A stretch of DNA of 64,000 nucleotides from Alphaproteobacteria bacterium (GCA_965222215.1 OZ244931.1:2789964-2853963), one strand, 5' to 3'. Shown: positions 46,688 through 55,130, numbered from the stretch's first letter. Notes: generated by a model not told the origin, from the letters alone. Made by a program: numbers and translations.

Positions 46688-48940
46688 TCATTTCGTTTCA
46701 GCGACGTAGACGCCGTCCCAGCCCGGCGGCGGCGGGTCGAACGAATACTGCGAAATCCGCTCGGCATAGAGGTCGTAGAGTTCCTTGATCGCGTCCGGCA
46801 GGTCGAGGCACTCGTTGAGCGCCGCCTGCGCACCATCCCAGTCAGCCGACCTGTAGGCGGTCAGCATGCGTTCGTGAGCCTCGCTCAGGGCCACGAATTC
46901 CGGCTCCGCTGCTTTTTCCGCATCGCCCATCAGCGCGAAAATATGCACGGCCTCGCTCTTTCCCTTCACCGCAATCAGGTCGAGCTCCAGAAAGGCGAAC
47001 TCGTCCACGACCGCGGCGCGCGTCGTCTCTCCCACGACGATCAGCGCGCCGTAGTTCTTCGACTGCCCTTCCAGCCTGGCCGCGAGGTTCACGGCGTCGC
47101 CGAGCACGGAATAGTCGAAGCGCTGGTCGGACCCCATGTTGCCGACCACGCACTCACCCGAATTGAGCCCAACGCCGACGCCCACCATGAAGGCATCGGG
47201 ATCCTCCGCCTTGCGCTCTTCGTTGACCCGGTCCAGGGCGGCAATGACCGCGAGCCCGGCTTCGCAGGCATGCCGGGCATGGTGGGGATCGTCGAGCGGC
47301 GCGTTCCAGAACGCCATGATGCAATCGCCCATGTACTTGTCGATCGTACCGTTACGATCGAGGATTTCACCCGTCAGCGGCGTCAGAATGCGGTTGATGA
47401 GGGCCGTGAGGCCCTGCGGATCGTCACGGTGGGCCTCGGAAATCGCGGTGAAGCCGCGAATGTCGGAGAACAGCAGGGTCATCTCGCGGGTCTCACCGCC
47501 GAGCCGCAGGCGATCCGGTTCCTCGGCAAGCTGCTCGACAAGTGCGGGCGACAAATACTGGCCGAATGCCGAACGGATCTGCCGGCGCTGGTTCTCTGAA
47601 TTCAGGAAGTTGATCAGCGAACTGGACATATAGACCAGCAGCACCACGACCGCCGGATATATCGGGTCGATGAGGATGCGCGAATTGGTATAGGCGAACC
47701 AGCCGACGGCGATACCAATGGCGATGGCGACGATCGACACCAGCGCCCCGGCCGTCGCGCCGAGTTTCGGGAGCAGCAGGATCAGGAAGATGCCCAGCAG
47801 CGCGAAGGCCGAAAGCTCCGCGCCCAGGGTCCAGTCGGGCCGGGTCAGGAACGTATCGGTCAGCATCTGCTCGATCAGTTCGGCGTGCACCTCGACCCCG
47901 GGAATGATGGGATTCAGCGGCGTCGAGCGCAGGTCGAGCAGGCCCGGCGCGCTCGTCCCGATCAGCACGATCGCGCCTTCGAGCCTGTCGGCCTGGGTGA
48001 TCGGTTCGTCCGCGGACCACAACCGCCAGGCCGGCAGGTAACGCTCCGGTTTGTAGCCCGTGTAGTGCAGCCAGACATGGCCCTCGCCGTCCGTCACGAC
48101 CGGCACCTGGCCGACGCTGACGCTGGAGATCCCCGTCGCGGCACCCCCTTCACCGCTCGCGTCCGACATCTTGATCCGGTACGCCCGCGCGCCCTGCGCG
48201 ACGCGCAGCGCCTCCGCCCCGAGGGTCGGGTAGAGCGCGGGGAGCGCGAAGGGGTCCGTATAGTCGGGCTCGGTGCCGGGCGGCACATACTGGGTGAAGA
48301 TCGGCACCCGGCGGATCAGCCCGTCGATTTCCGAGGGAAAGTTGATGTTGCCGAGCCCCGCCGCCGCCTTGTCGAGGATCGGCAGGTTCGAAATCGCGGC
48401 CCGGTTGACCGGCAGGAACAGGTGCGGCGGCGTGCCCCCTATCGCGACGCCCGCCTTCGGCGCCGGCGGTCCTGTCGTGTTTTGCGATTGGGAGAAGGTG
48501 AAACCGGTGACGACCCGCCCGCGCGCGAACGCCTCGGCCAGCGCCTCGTCATGGTCGGGCAGCGCCTCGACATTGACCCGCAGGGCCTCGCCCACCGCGC
48601 CTTCCGGCCAGGCGGACAACACGTTCCGCGGCGACGTGCGGTCCGGCTCGGCGAACAGCACGTCGAACACGACCACGGCCGCGCCCTCCTCGTGGAGGCG
48701 GTCGACAAGGCTCGCGATCCGCGTTCGCGGCCACGGCCACTGCCCGATCTCGGCCAGGCTGGCATCGTCGATATCGAGAATACGTACCGGCAACTGCTCG
48801 AAATGGCGCGGCTCGATCCGCTGGTAGGTGTCGAACGTCCACCAGCGGACAAGCTGCACCGGCGTTGGGTCCTCGATCCGGACGAACAGCGCCAGAAGCA
48901 GGATAACGATCGGTATCAGGCGGGATTTCCATGCACGCAT
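46688..48940 (-). CDS. CHASE2-sensor class III adenylate cyclase
   Basis: An N-terminal TM helix is followed by a ~330-aa periplasmic CHASE2-like domain (ILDIDDASLAEIGQWPWPR, VVVFDVLFAEPD) and three TM helices. The cyclase domain reads MTLLFSDIRGFTAISE, DKYMGDCIMAFWNAP and RFDYSVLGDAVNLAARLE. An ~85-aa helical tail follows. Confidence 0.9.
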   Translation of the reverse strand: MRAWKSRLIPIVILLLALFVRIEDPTPVQLVRWWTFDTYQRIEPRHFEQLPVRILDIDDASLAEIGQWPWPRTRIASLVDRLHEEGAAVVVFDVLFAEPDRTSPRNVLSAWPEGAVGEALRVNVEALPDHDEALAEAFARGRVVTGFTFSQSQNTTGPPAPKAGVAIGGTPPHLFLPVNRAAISNLPILDKAAAGLGNINFPSEIDGLIRRVPIFTQYVPPGTEPDYTDPFALPALYPTLGAEALRVAQGARAYRIKMSDASGEGGAATGISSVSVGQVPVVTDGEGHVWLHYTGYKPERYLPAWRLWSADEPITQADRLEGAIVLIGTSAPGLLDLRSTPLNPIIPGVEVHAELIEQMLTDTFLTRPDWTLGAELSAFALLGIFLILLLPKLGATAGALVSIVAIAIGIAVGWFAYTNSRILIDPIYPAVVVLLVYMSSSLINFLNSENQRRQIRSAFGQYLSPALVEQLAEEPDRLRLGGETREMTLLFSDIRGFTAISEAHRDDPQGLTALINRILTPLTGEILDRNGTIDKYMGDCIMAFWNAPLDDPHHARHACEAGLAVIAALDRVNEERKAEDPDAFMVGVGVGLNSGECVVGNMGSDQRFDYSVLGDAVNLAARLEGQSKNYGALIVVGETTRAAVVDEFAFLELDLIAVKGKSEAVHIFALMGDAEKAAEPEFVALSEAHERMLTAYRSADWDGAQAALNECLDLPDAIKELYDLYAERISQYSFDPPPPGWDGVYVAETK

Positions 48941-49086
48941 GCCAGCAATCTATCTCATGCCCAGACGCCGACCCAAGAAATCTTCGACCCATTGAGAATC
49001 GTGGACAAGCCTTCCTCATCGCCCACCGGGCTCGTTACTCATGTGAGGTGTTGACGCAACCCGGACCGACGCCTAAGCCCTTGGGT

Positions 49087-50649
49087 ATGGTTAGTTATTC
49101 CTTAAAGCGATTCTCCGCCTTCCCGGTTGCGGTAGGCCTTCTCACGATGGCGTCCGGAACATCTCTTTACGCTCAGGGCAGCGAGCAGGCCGGTGTCGCC
49201 GGCGCCGTGCGCGGCGATGTCACCCTGGTGGCGGCGGTCGCGGCCCAGACCCGGGTCGTCGGCGAGAAGATGGGCAGCGGCGACAAGATATTCCTCGGCG
49301 ACGAAATCTCGACCGGCCCGAACTCGGGCATGCAGGTGATGCTGCTCGACGAGACGATATTCACCATCGGCCCCAACGCCGGTCTGGTGATCGACGAGTT
49401 CGTCTACGACCCGGCGACGAACGCCGGCCAGGTGACGGCATCGGTCGTGAAAGGCGCGTTCCGGTTCGTGTCCGGCAAGGTCGCCAAGGAAGAACCCAGC
49501 AAGATGAACGTGAAGACGCCGGTCGGCACCATCGGCATTCGCGGCACGTCGGCGGCCGGGGTGGTCACCCTGCCCGAGCCCGGGGATCCGAACGGCACGA
49601 TTTCCGGCACCTTCGTGCTTCTCGGGCCGGGCGCGGACAACAACGCGGGCGAACGCGCGGGCCGCATTCTGATCACCAACGGCGGAACGACGGTCGAGAT
49701 CACCCGCTCCGGCTTCGGCACGATCATTTCCAGCCCCGACGTCCCCCCGGGGACGCCGGTGCGCCTGGAGCCCGCGCAGGTCGCGGCGCTGACGGCCGCG
49801 CTCGGCACCGACGGCAGCGCGCGCCCGAACAACGACAACGATGGTCAGGGCGAGGGACAAAACGGCCAGAGCGGCGGGGGCAACCAGAACCAGGGGGGCG
49901 ACCAGCAAGCTGGTACCGGCCAGGGTTCAGGTTCATCAGGTGGCGGCACGACAGGAGCGGGGAGCAGCGGACTGGGGCAAGCAACAAATCTGGCCGGCCA
50001 GAATCTCGGGGAAGGCGTCACCAATGCCAACCTGCTCGGACAGATCGCCGGCACACAGAGTAGTGCGAATGACGAGACGTTTGAGGCGGCCGAAGACAGC
50101 GGTACGACATCCAACGTCAACACAGCGGTCGCCACCTTTGACCAGTTGCGGTCGGTGACAACCGGCACCGCGACGTTCAATTTCGGCACAATCCCGCTGC
50201 TGTACGCAGGCGGGGCGCACACGGACAGCGGCGGCAGCTTCGACGCCCAGGCGTTCATCGACTTCGGCGCGCAAACGCTCGACCTGCAGATTGCCAACAT
50301 CCAGTATGAGTTCGATCAGGACGGCAGCGGAAGCAACGCTTCCCTGATCGGCGCCGGCGGCCCACAGATGTTTGTGTTCACGCCGGACGGGGACGACCCG
50401 TTCGACAACACGACCTACCAAAACGACAACGGATTCGTTTCCGGGACCTGGGACTCCCAGGTCGACACGGCCAACTTCTCGACCCCGCCGACAGACGGGT
50501 CGCACGCCGTCATCTCTGCGTCGATTCTCAACGACATTGAAAATAACGTTGTAGCGTCTCAGGGCGTGGTCAGCATGACGATCAGCGACGCCAACAGCGA
50601 CACCGTGATCGTCGGCGGCGGCGTGGCGGCTGCCACAGCAGCGGACTAA
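49087..50649 (+). CDS. secreted FecR-domain protein, paralog 1 (FecR-like domain + Gly/Asn/Gln linker + C-terminal beta-rich domain)
   Basis: Signal peptide is MVSYSLKRFSAFPVAVGLLTMASGTSLYA-QG. The FecR-like core reads VRGDVTLV...GDKIFLGDEISTGPNSGMQVMLLDETIFTIGPNAGLVIDEFVY...VKGAFRFVSGKV...VKTPVGTIGIRGTS. I chose the ATG at 49087; the track start is 48931. Confidence 0.8.
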   Translation: MVSYSLKRFSAFPVAVGLLTMASGTSLYAQGSEQAGVAGAVRGDVTLVAAVAAQTRVVGEKMGSGDKIFLGDEISTGPNSGMQVMLLDETIFTIGPNAGLVIDEFVYDPATNAGQVTASVVKGAFRFVSGKVAKEEPSKMNVKTPVGTIGIRGTSAAGVVTLPEPGDPNGTISGTFVLLGPGADNNAGERAGRILITNGGTTVEITRSGFGTIISSPDVPPGTPVRLEPAQVAALTAALGTDGSARPNNDNDGQGEGQNGQSGGGNQNQGGDQQAGTGQGSGSSGGGTTGAGSSGLGQATNLAGQNLGEGVTNANLLGQIAGTQSSANDETFEAAEDSGTTSNVNTAVATFDQLRSVTTGTATFNFGTIPLLYAGGAHTDSGGSFDAQAFIDFGAQTLDLQIANIQYEFDQDGSGSNASLIGAGGPQMFVFTPDGDDPFDNTTYQNDNGFVSGTWDSQVDTANFSTPPTDGSHAVISASILNDIENNVVASQGVVSMTISDANSDTVIVGGGVAAATAAD

Positions 50650-50692
50650 CGCAAACCGCGGTTTTCCAGTCTTTCCAACAAAAACTTCGCCA

Positions 50693-50708
50693 TGTGACGC
50701 CTGTCACT
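50693..50708 (+). promoter_or_regulatory. CRP-type box TGTGAcgcctgTCACT with a class II promoter geometry
   Basis: It matches the 44863 box at 18 of 19 positions of the 19-mer. TATTTT sits exactly 21 nt downstream (50730..50735). It lies between the two FecR-domain paralogs. Confidence 0.65.
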
Positions 50709-50760
50709 GTGCGATCCGCTGCGCGTGCCTATTTTGAGGCTGCAACAATGGAGACGCACG

Positions 50761-50889
50761 ATGACCTTTCAGGCACCTCACACGTCCGCACGTAATATTC
50801 GATACAGTTTCCTCGCCGTGACCGGTCTCACTGCGGGGGCAACGGCGGGCCTGCTTGGCACGTTGCTGTTGGCTGTGGCGGCCCTGTAG
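50761..50889 (+). CDS. micro-ORF encoding a single-pass membrane peptide (42 aa)
   Basis: A GGAGAC RBS lies 6 nt before the ATG. The peptide is MTFQAPHTSARNIRYSFLAVTGLTAGATAGLLGTLLLAVAAL. It is about 19 nt downstream of the predicted CRP-dependent TSS and 43 nt upstream of paralog 2. Confidence 0.4.
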   Translation: MTFQAPHTSARNIRYSFLAVTGLTAGATAGLLGTLLLAVAAL

Positions 50890-50932
50890 ACGCCCGCGCG
50901 TTTTCAGTCACCGCCTGCTTCGAAGGTCCAAC

Positions 50933-52513
50933 ATGCCCCGGATAAATCCCGCAAAAACCGCGCTCATTCTGTGCAGCCTAATGACCGTGCCCGCGGGCGC
51001 CCTTGCGCAAGATGGCGGCGAGCTTGCGGGCGTCGCGGCCGCCGTGCGCGGCGATGTCACGCTGGTGGCCGCCCTGCCCGCAACCGGCGGCCGCGTAGTC
51101 GGTAAGAATCTCGGCAGCGGCGACAGGATTTTCCTTGGCGACGAGATCGAAACCGGCCCGGAATCGGGCATGCAGATCATGCTGCTCGACGAGACCATAT
51201 TTACCATCGGGCCGAGCTCCGGATTGATTATCGACGAATTCGTCTACGACCCCGCCACCAGCGCCGGCAAGGTCACCGCCTCCGTGGTCAAGGGCGCGTT
51301 CCGGTTCGTCTCGGGACGCGTGGCGAAGGAAGAGCCGAGCAATATGAACGTGCGCACGCCAGTCGGCACCATCGGCATACGCGGCACGTCCGCGGCCGGC
51401 GTCATCTCGCCCGCCGACCCAAACGATCCCGCCAGCCCGCTGACCGGCACTTTCGTTCTGCTGGGGCCCGGCGTGGACAACAATGCCGGCGAACGCGCGG
51501 GGCGTATTCTCGTCACCAACGGCGGGACAACGGTCGAAATCACCCGCTCCGGCTTCGGCACGGTGATCGCCAGCCCGATACTGCCCCCCGGGACTCCGGT
51601 TCGCCTCGAACCCGCGCAGGTCGCCGGCCTGACGGCCGCACTCGGCACGGATGGCGGTGCGCGTCCGCAGCAGGGGGGTGACAATACCCAGGGTTCGGAC
51701 AGTCCGGATGGCGGCGGCTCCGGAGGTTCCCGGAACGATAGCGGCGACGACAATCAGAATCAGGACAATCGAGGCCCGGGCGGAGAACAGGCAAACTCTG
51801 GCACCGCGCCCGGTCCGAACCAACAAGGCGCGCCAGCCGGAAGGCCCTCGGAGCGCATCGCGGGTGTCGACGCAGGCCAGGTCGCCGCGCTCACCGGACA
51901 GAATCTTGGCTCCGGGGCGACAGATGCCCGGTTCCTCGGTCGGGTCGGCACCGCGCAAAACGAGGCGAACCAGCAAGTCCTGGAGGCAGCCGAAGATGCA
52001 GGTATCGCGAGCACCGCCGTGGCCACCGCGATCAGCACGTTCGACCAGCTCCGGCTAATCCAGACCGGTACTGCAACATTCGATATGGGCAATATCTCGC
52101 TCAACTTCCTGAGCGGATCGCACACCAACAGCGGCGGGTCCTATAACGCCAACGCCGTGATCGACTTCGGCGCGCAGACTATCGATCTGAACATTTCAAG
52201 CGTGACCTACTTCTTCAACGGTGGGAACGCCCAGAGTTTTGCTTTCGACCCCGACGCGAACACCGGCGGAGGCGCGCTGGACTCCACCTATGCGAATGAT
52301 TCGGGTTTCGTCGCCGAAACCTGGACGACCAACAACAACGCGGCGAATTTCACGACCGCGCCGACCGACGGCGCATCGGTCCAGATTTCGGCGGCAATCC
52401 TCAATGATGTGGATGCCGGCGTGATCGCCGCGCGCGGTTTCGTGACCATGCGAATCCAGGAAAACGGTGGCGATACAGTGATCGGCGGGTCCGGTGTGGC
52501 CGAGCGCCAGTAA
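50933..52513 (+). CDS. secreted FecR-domain protein, paralog 2
   Basis: Signal peptide is MPRINPAKTALILCSLMTVPAGALA-QD. Its three-part architecture and FecR-like core are near-identical to paralog 1. I chose the ATG at 50933; the track start is 50855. Confidence 0.8.
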   Translation: MPRINPAKTALILCSLMTVPAGALAQDGGELAGVAAAVRGDVTLVAALPATGGRVVGKNLGSGDRIFLGDEIETGPESGMQIMLLDETIFTIGPSSGLIIDEFVYDPATSAGKVTASVVKGAFRFVSGRVAKEEPSNMNVRTPVGTIGIRGTSAAGVISPADPNDPASPLTGTFVLLGPGVDNNAGERAGRILVTNGGTTVEITRSGFGTVIASPILPPGTPVRLEPAQVAGLTAALGTDGGARPQQGGDNTQGSDSPDGGGSGGSRNDSGDDNQNQDNRGPGGEQANSGTAPGPNQQGAPAGRPSERIAGVDAGQVAALTGQNLGSGATDARFLGRVGTAQNEANQQVLEAAEDAGIASTAVATAISTFDQLRLIQTGTATFDMGNISLNFLSGSHTNSGGSYNANAVIDFGAQTIDLNISSVTYFFNGGNAQSFAFDPDANTGGGALDSTYANDSGFVAETWTTNNNAANFTTAPTDGASVQISAAILNDVDAGVIAARGFVTMRIQENGGDTVIGGSGVAERQ

Positions 52514-52519
52514 CCGGCT

Positions 52520-53275
52520 CTAGCCGCGCCCCAGTCCCTTCAGGACCTCGGGCCCGGCCGACTGGATCATCCGGACGTCCGACGTGGGCGTGACCAGGTC
52601 GAACCCGTCCTCGATCATCTTCGCCGCATAATCCGTTCGCGTCGCATGCACGCCCGCGCGAATGCCGGCGGCGTGCGCCGCCTCGCGGATTTGCGCGATC
52701 AGCTCCGCCACCGGCCCATCGAAATTGTCGTGCTTCGGCGGGTGGCCGTGGGAAAACGCCAGGTCGGTCGGTCCGATGTAGAGCGCATCGAGCCCCGGTG
52801 TCTCCGCGATGTCCTTCAGGTTCGCCATGCCCTCCTGCGTCTCGATCATCGCGAAGGTCGCGATTTCGTCGTTGGCCGTCTCCAGATAGGTCGGGCCGCC
52901 GACGATCATCCCGCGATAGGCCCCGTTCGACCGGACGCCGACCGGCGGATACCGGCACGCGGCCACGAAGCGCTCCGCATCCTCGCGGCTGTTCACCATC
53001 GGGCAGATGATCCCGTAGGCGCCCGCGTCGAGCGCGCGCATCATCACCGACGGCTCGTTCCATGGCACCCGCACGATGGGCGTGACGTCGGTCGCCGCCA
53101 TCGCCTGCAGCATCGGCACGGCGTCCGAAAGATCGATGGGGCCGTGCTGCATGTCGATGGTCAGGCAGTCCCAGCCCTGGTGCGCCATGATTTCCGCCAG
53201 AATGGCGCTCGGCGAAGACAGCCAGCCGTTCGCCGCCGCACCGCCCGACGCCCAGATATCCTTCAACTTACTCAT
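52520..53275 (-). CDS. HpcH/HpaI-family aldolase (2-keto-3-deoxy-acid aldolase)
   Basis: Motifs are DCLTIDMQHGPID, IVRVPWNEPSVMMRALDAGAYGIICPMVNS and IGPTDLAFSHG. Confidence 0.88.
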   Translation of the reverse strand: MSKLKDIWASGGAAANGWLSSPSAILAEIMAHQGWDCLTIDMQHGPIDLSDAVPMLQAMAATDVTPIVRVPWNEPSVMMRALDAGAYGIICPMVNSREDAERFVAACRYPPVGVRSNGAYRGMIVGGPTYLETANDEIATFAMIETQEGMANLKDIAETPGLDALYIGPTDLAFSHGHPPKHDNFDGPVAELIAQIREAAHAAGIRAGVHATRTDYAAKMIEDGFDLVTPTSDVRMIQSAGPEVLKGLGRG

Positions 53276-53345
53276 GAAAGCTGCCCCGAATAGGTGAATT
53301 CCGGGCGTCAGTCTGGCATGCGGCCCATGGCCACGCCAGACAGCA

Positions 53346-54734
53346 TCACCCGGCGTCGGACGCCAGCTTGCGCTGCAACGCCGCCTGTTCTTCCCGGGTC
53401 AGCGAATAGCCCCAGATAATTCGGAGCGAGACCAGCTTGAACAGGATCGGACAGACCCCGAACAACAGGGTGAGAGCGAGCAAGGCGTCGGCGTCGTTGT
53501 ACATCTTGGGAACGAAGCCCGCGACGGCAAGCACCTCGAACGAAACGCCGACGACGAATGCCGCGGCAGCCTTCGCCGCCATGCCCCACACCGCAAAGTA
53601 GATACCGGTCCGCCGCTCGCCGGTTTCCAGTACGTCACGGTCGACCGAATCCGCAAGCATCGAGGCCGGCATGGCCAGGTCTGCCCCGAGCGTCAGGCCG
53701 GCGACGATCGCAACGCCCAGAAAAACGACGGTGTCGCCGCTTCCCAGAAACGGCACGATCGAGAATGCCGCGATCGCGATGATGAGCGCCACGCGCCAGG
53801 CGATGTGCTTGCCGAACCGTTTCGCCGTGAACAGCCAGATCGGCGTACCTGCAATCGCCATCGTGAAATAGGTCGTCAGGTAGACCGGTGCCCATTCGGG
53901 CCGCTCCAGCACCTGCCGGATGAAGAAGAAAAACAGGGTCAGCGGAAACGCGTTGGCGACGCCGTTGGCGAAATAGGCTCCCAGAATCTGGAGGAAGGGC
54001 TTGTTCGACCACATGAGACGGACACTGGCGCGCCAGCCGAGTGTATTCTCCGCCCGACGGACGGCGGACGGCGCTTCCCGGATCTTCCACGCGGTGAACA
54101 CGATCGGGACGGGCAAGAGCGCCAACCCCGTCCAGGCGATCAGCTCCAGGGTCGCGCGTTGCGGAAAGTATGTCGTCTCCTGATTGTTCGCGACGACGAA
54201 CAGGAACCCTGCCAGCAGGGTCCCCAACGCGGCGAAAACGTGACGGTAGAGGAACACACGAGAGCGCTCGTGATAGTCGTCGCTGAGCTCGGCCCCCATC
54301 GCCGTATAAGGCATGAAAAGCGCGGTTCCGGAGGCGAACATCACGAAACTCCAGAACGCGAGATAGATCTCGTCAGCACCGGCGGGCGGGATGAACAGCT
54401 TGTAGGAGGCAATCGACAGGGGCAGCCACGCCAGCACCATCCACGGCACACGTCGCCCAAGTCGAGTTCGGGTGCGGTCGCTCAACCAGCCCACAAGCGG
54501 GTCCGTCACGAAATCCCAGACACGGGTCCCCATGATGACGACGCCGGCCACAACCATGGAGATACCCCCGAGGGACGCGTAGACATCGGGCAGGAACATG
54601 AAAAGCCCGATCGCCAGCAGGGAGATCGGCATCGAGGTCGATGAGAAAATCAGCAACGTCGACACGCTCAGGCGTTTTTCGTCATCCTGATCGGCGCCTG
54701 TCCGGCTTGGGGTCATGGCCGGAACCACCGCCAT
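53346..54734 (-). CDS. MFS transporter, glycoside-pentoside-hexuronide (GPH) cation symporter-like
   Basis: 462 aa, about 12 TM helices. The motif WDFVTDPLVGWLSDRTRTRLGRRVPW is the typical GPH D..G..SDR....GRR motif. Confidence 0.85.
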   Translation of the reverse strand: MAVVPAMTPSRTGADQDDEKRLSVSTLLIFSSTSMPISLLAIGLFMFLPDVYASLGGISMVVAGVVIMGTRVWDFVTDPLVGWLSDRTRTRLGRRVPWMVLAWLPLSIASYKLFIPPAGADEIYLAFWSFVMFASGTALFMPYTAMGAELSDDYHERSRVFLYRHVFAALGTLLAGFLFVVANNQETTYFPQRATLELIAWTGLALLPVPIVFTAWKIREAPSAVRRAENTLGWRASVRLMWSNKPFLQILGAYFANGVANAFPLTLFFFFIRQVLERPEWAPVYLTTYFTMAIAGTPIWLFTAKRFGKHIAWRVALIIAIAAFSIVPFLGSGDTVVFLGVAIVAGLTLGADLAMPASMLADSVDRDVLETGERRTGIYFAVWGMAAKAAAAFVVGVSFEVLAVAGFVPKMYNDADALLALTLLFGVCPILFKLVSLRIIWGYSLTREEQAALQRKLASDAG

Positions 54735-55130
54735 CTAATGGAGCGGATCGGAAGACCGGGCGCCGCGTTCCGGCAGGACCGGGGACGGCCCGGACTGGTG
54801 GTGGACGATCCGCCAGTTTCCGGCCTCGATCGCAAACACGTTTGTCGCGACCAGGGCGTGCGCCCCAACCTTCTCGTAGCAAACCACGATTCCGGTCCGG
54901 GGATCAGCGTGCGGCGCGCGCATGTCGATATCGAAGCTGTCGGCCGGGTCGAGGATGGCGCGCCAGCTCGAAAGCACGGCGTCGCGCCCGAACACGGCAT
55001 CGCCGCCAGGATGGATCACGCTGACCGGCGTCGTTTCCGCCCAGATGTCGGCCATCGCGCTCATATCCGCACGCGCAAACGCGGCGTAGAACGCGTCGTT
55101 GGCAAACAGGAGTTTCTGCTCATCGCCCAT
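54735..55130 (-). CDS. SnoaL-like / NTF2-fold (DUF4440-type) protein
   Basis: 131 aa. Sequence includes LLFANDAFYAAFARADMSAMADIWAETTPVSVIHPGGDAVFGRDAVLSSW. Confidence 0.75.
   Translation of the reverse strand: MGDEQKLLFANDAFYAAFARADMSAMADIWAETTPVSVIHPGGDAVFGRDAVLSSWRAILDPADSFDIDMRAPHADPRTGIVVCYEKVGAHALVATNVFAIEAGNWRIVHHQSGPSPVLPERGARSSDPLH

Noticed and set aside
49042-49057. TGTGAggtgttGACGC in the divergent cyclase / paralog 1 promoter region, considered as a fourth CRP box.
   Set aside because: Only the left half-site matches. The right half (GACGC) matches TCACA at none of the five positions, so I keep it only as a half-site note.
48931-49086. Upstream-extended starts proposed by the track for FecR paralog 1 (48931), paralog 2 (50855), the NicO transporter (25780), hemA (12808) and others.
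   Set aside because: The extensions encode Arg/Cys/Pro-rich junk before an obvious Met plus signal peptide, or before the conserved N-terminus. They would overlap divergent or upstream genes. Internal ATGs with an RBS or stop-start coupling fit better.
50653-50664. AAACCGCGGTTT followed by TTCC after the paralog 1 stop, considered as a terminator.
   Set aside because: The palindrome has no loop and could form only a 4-bp stem with a CGCG loop. Its predicted stability is too low. I therefore cannot say whether paralog 1 transcription terminates before box 2.
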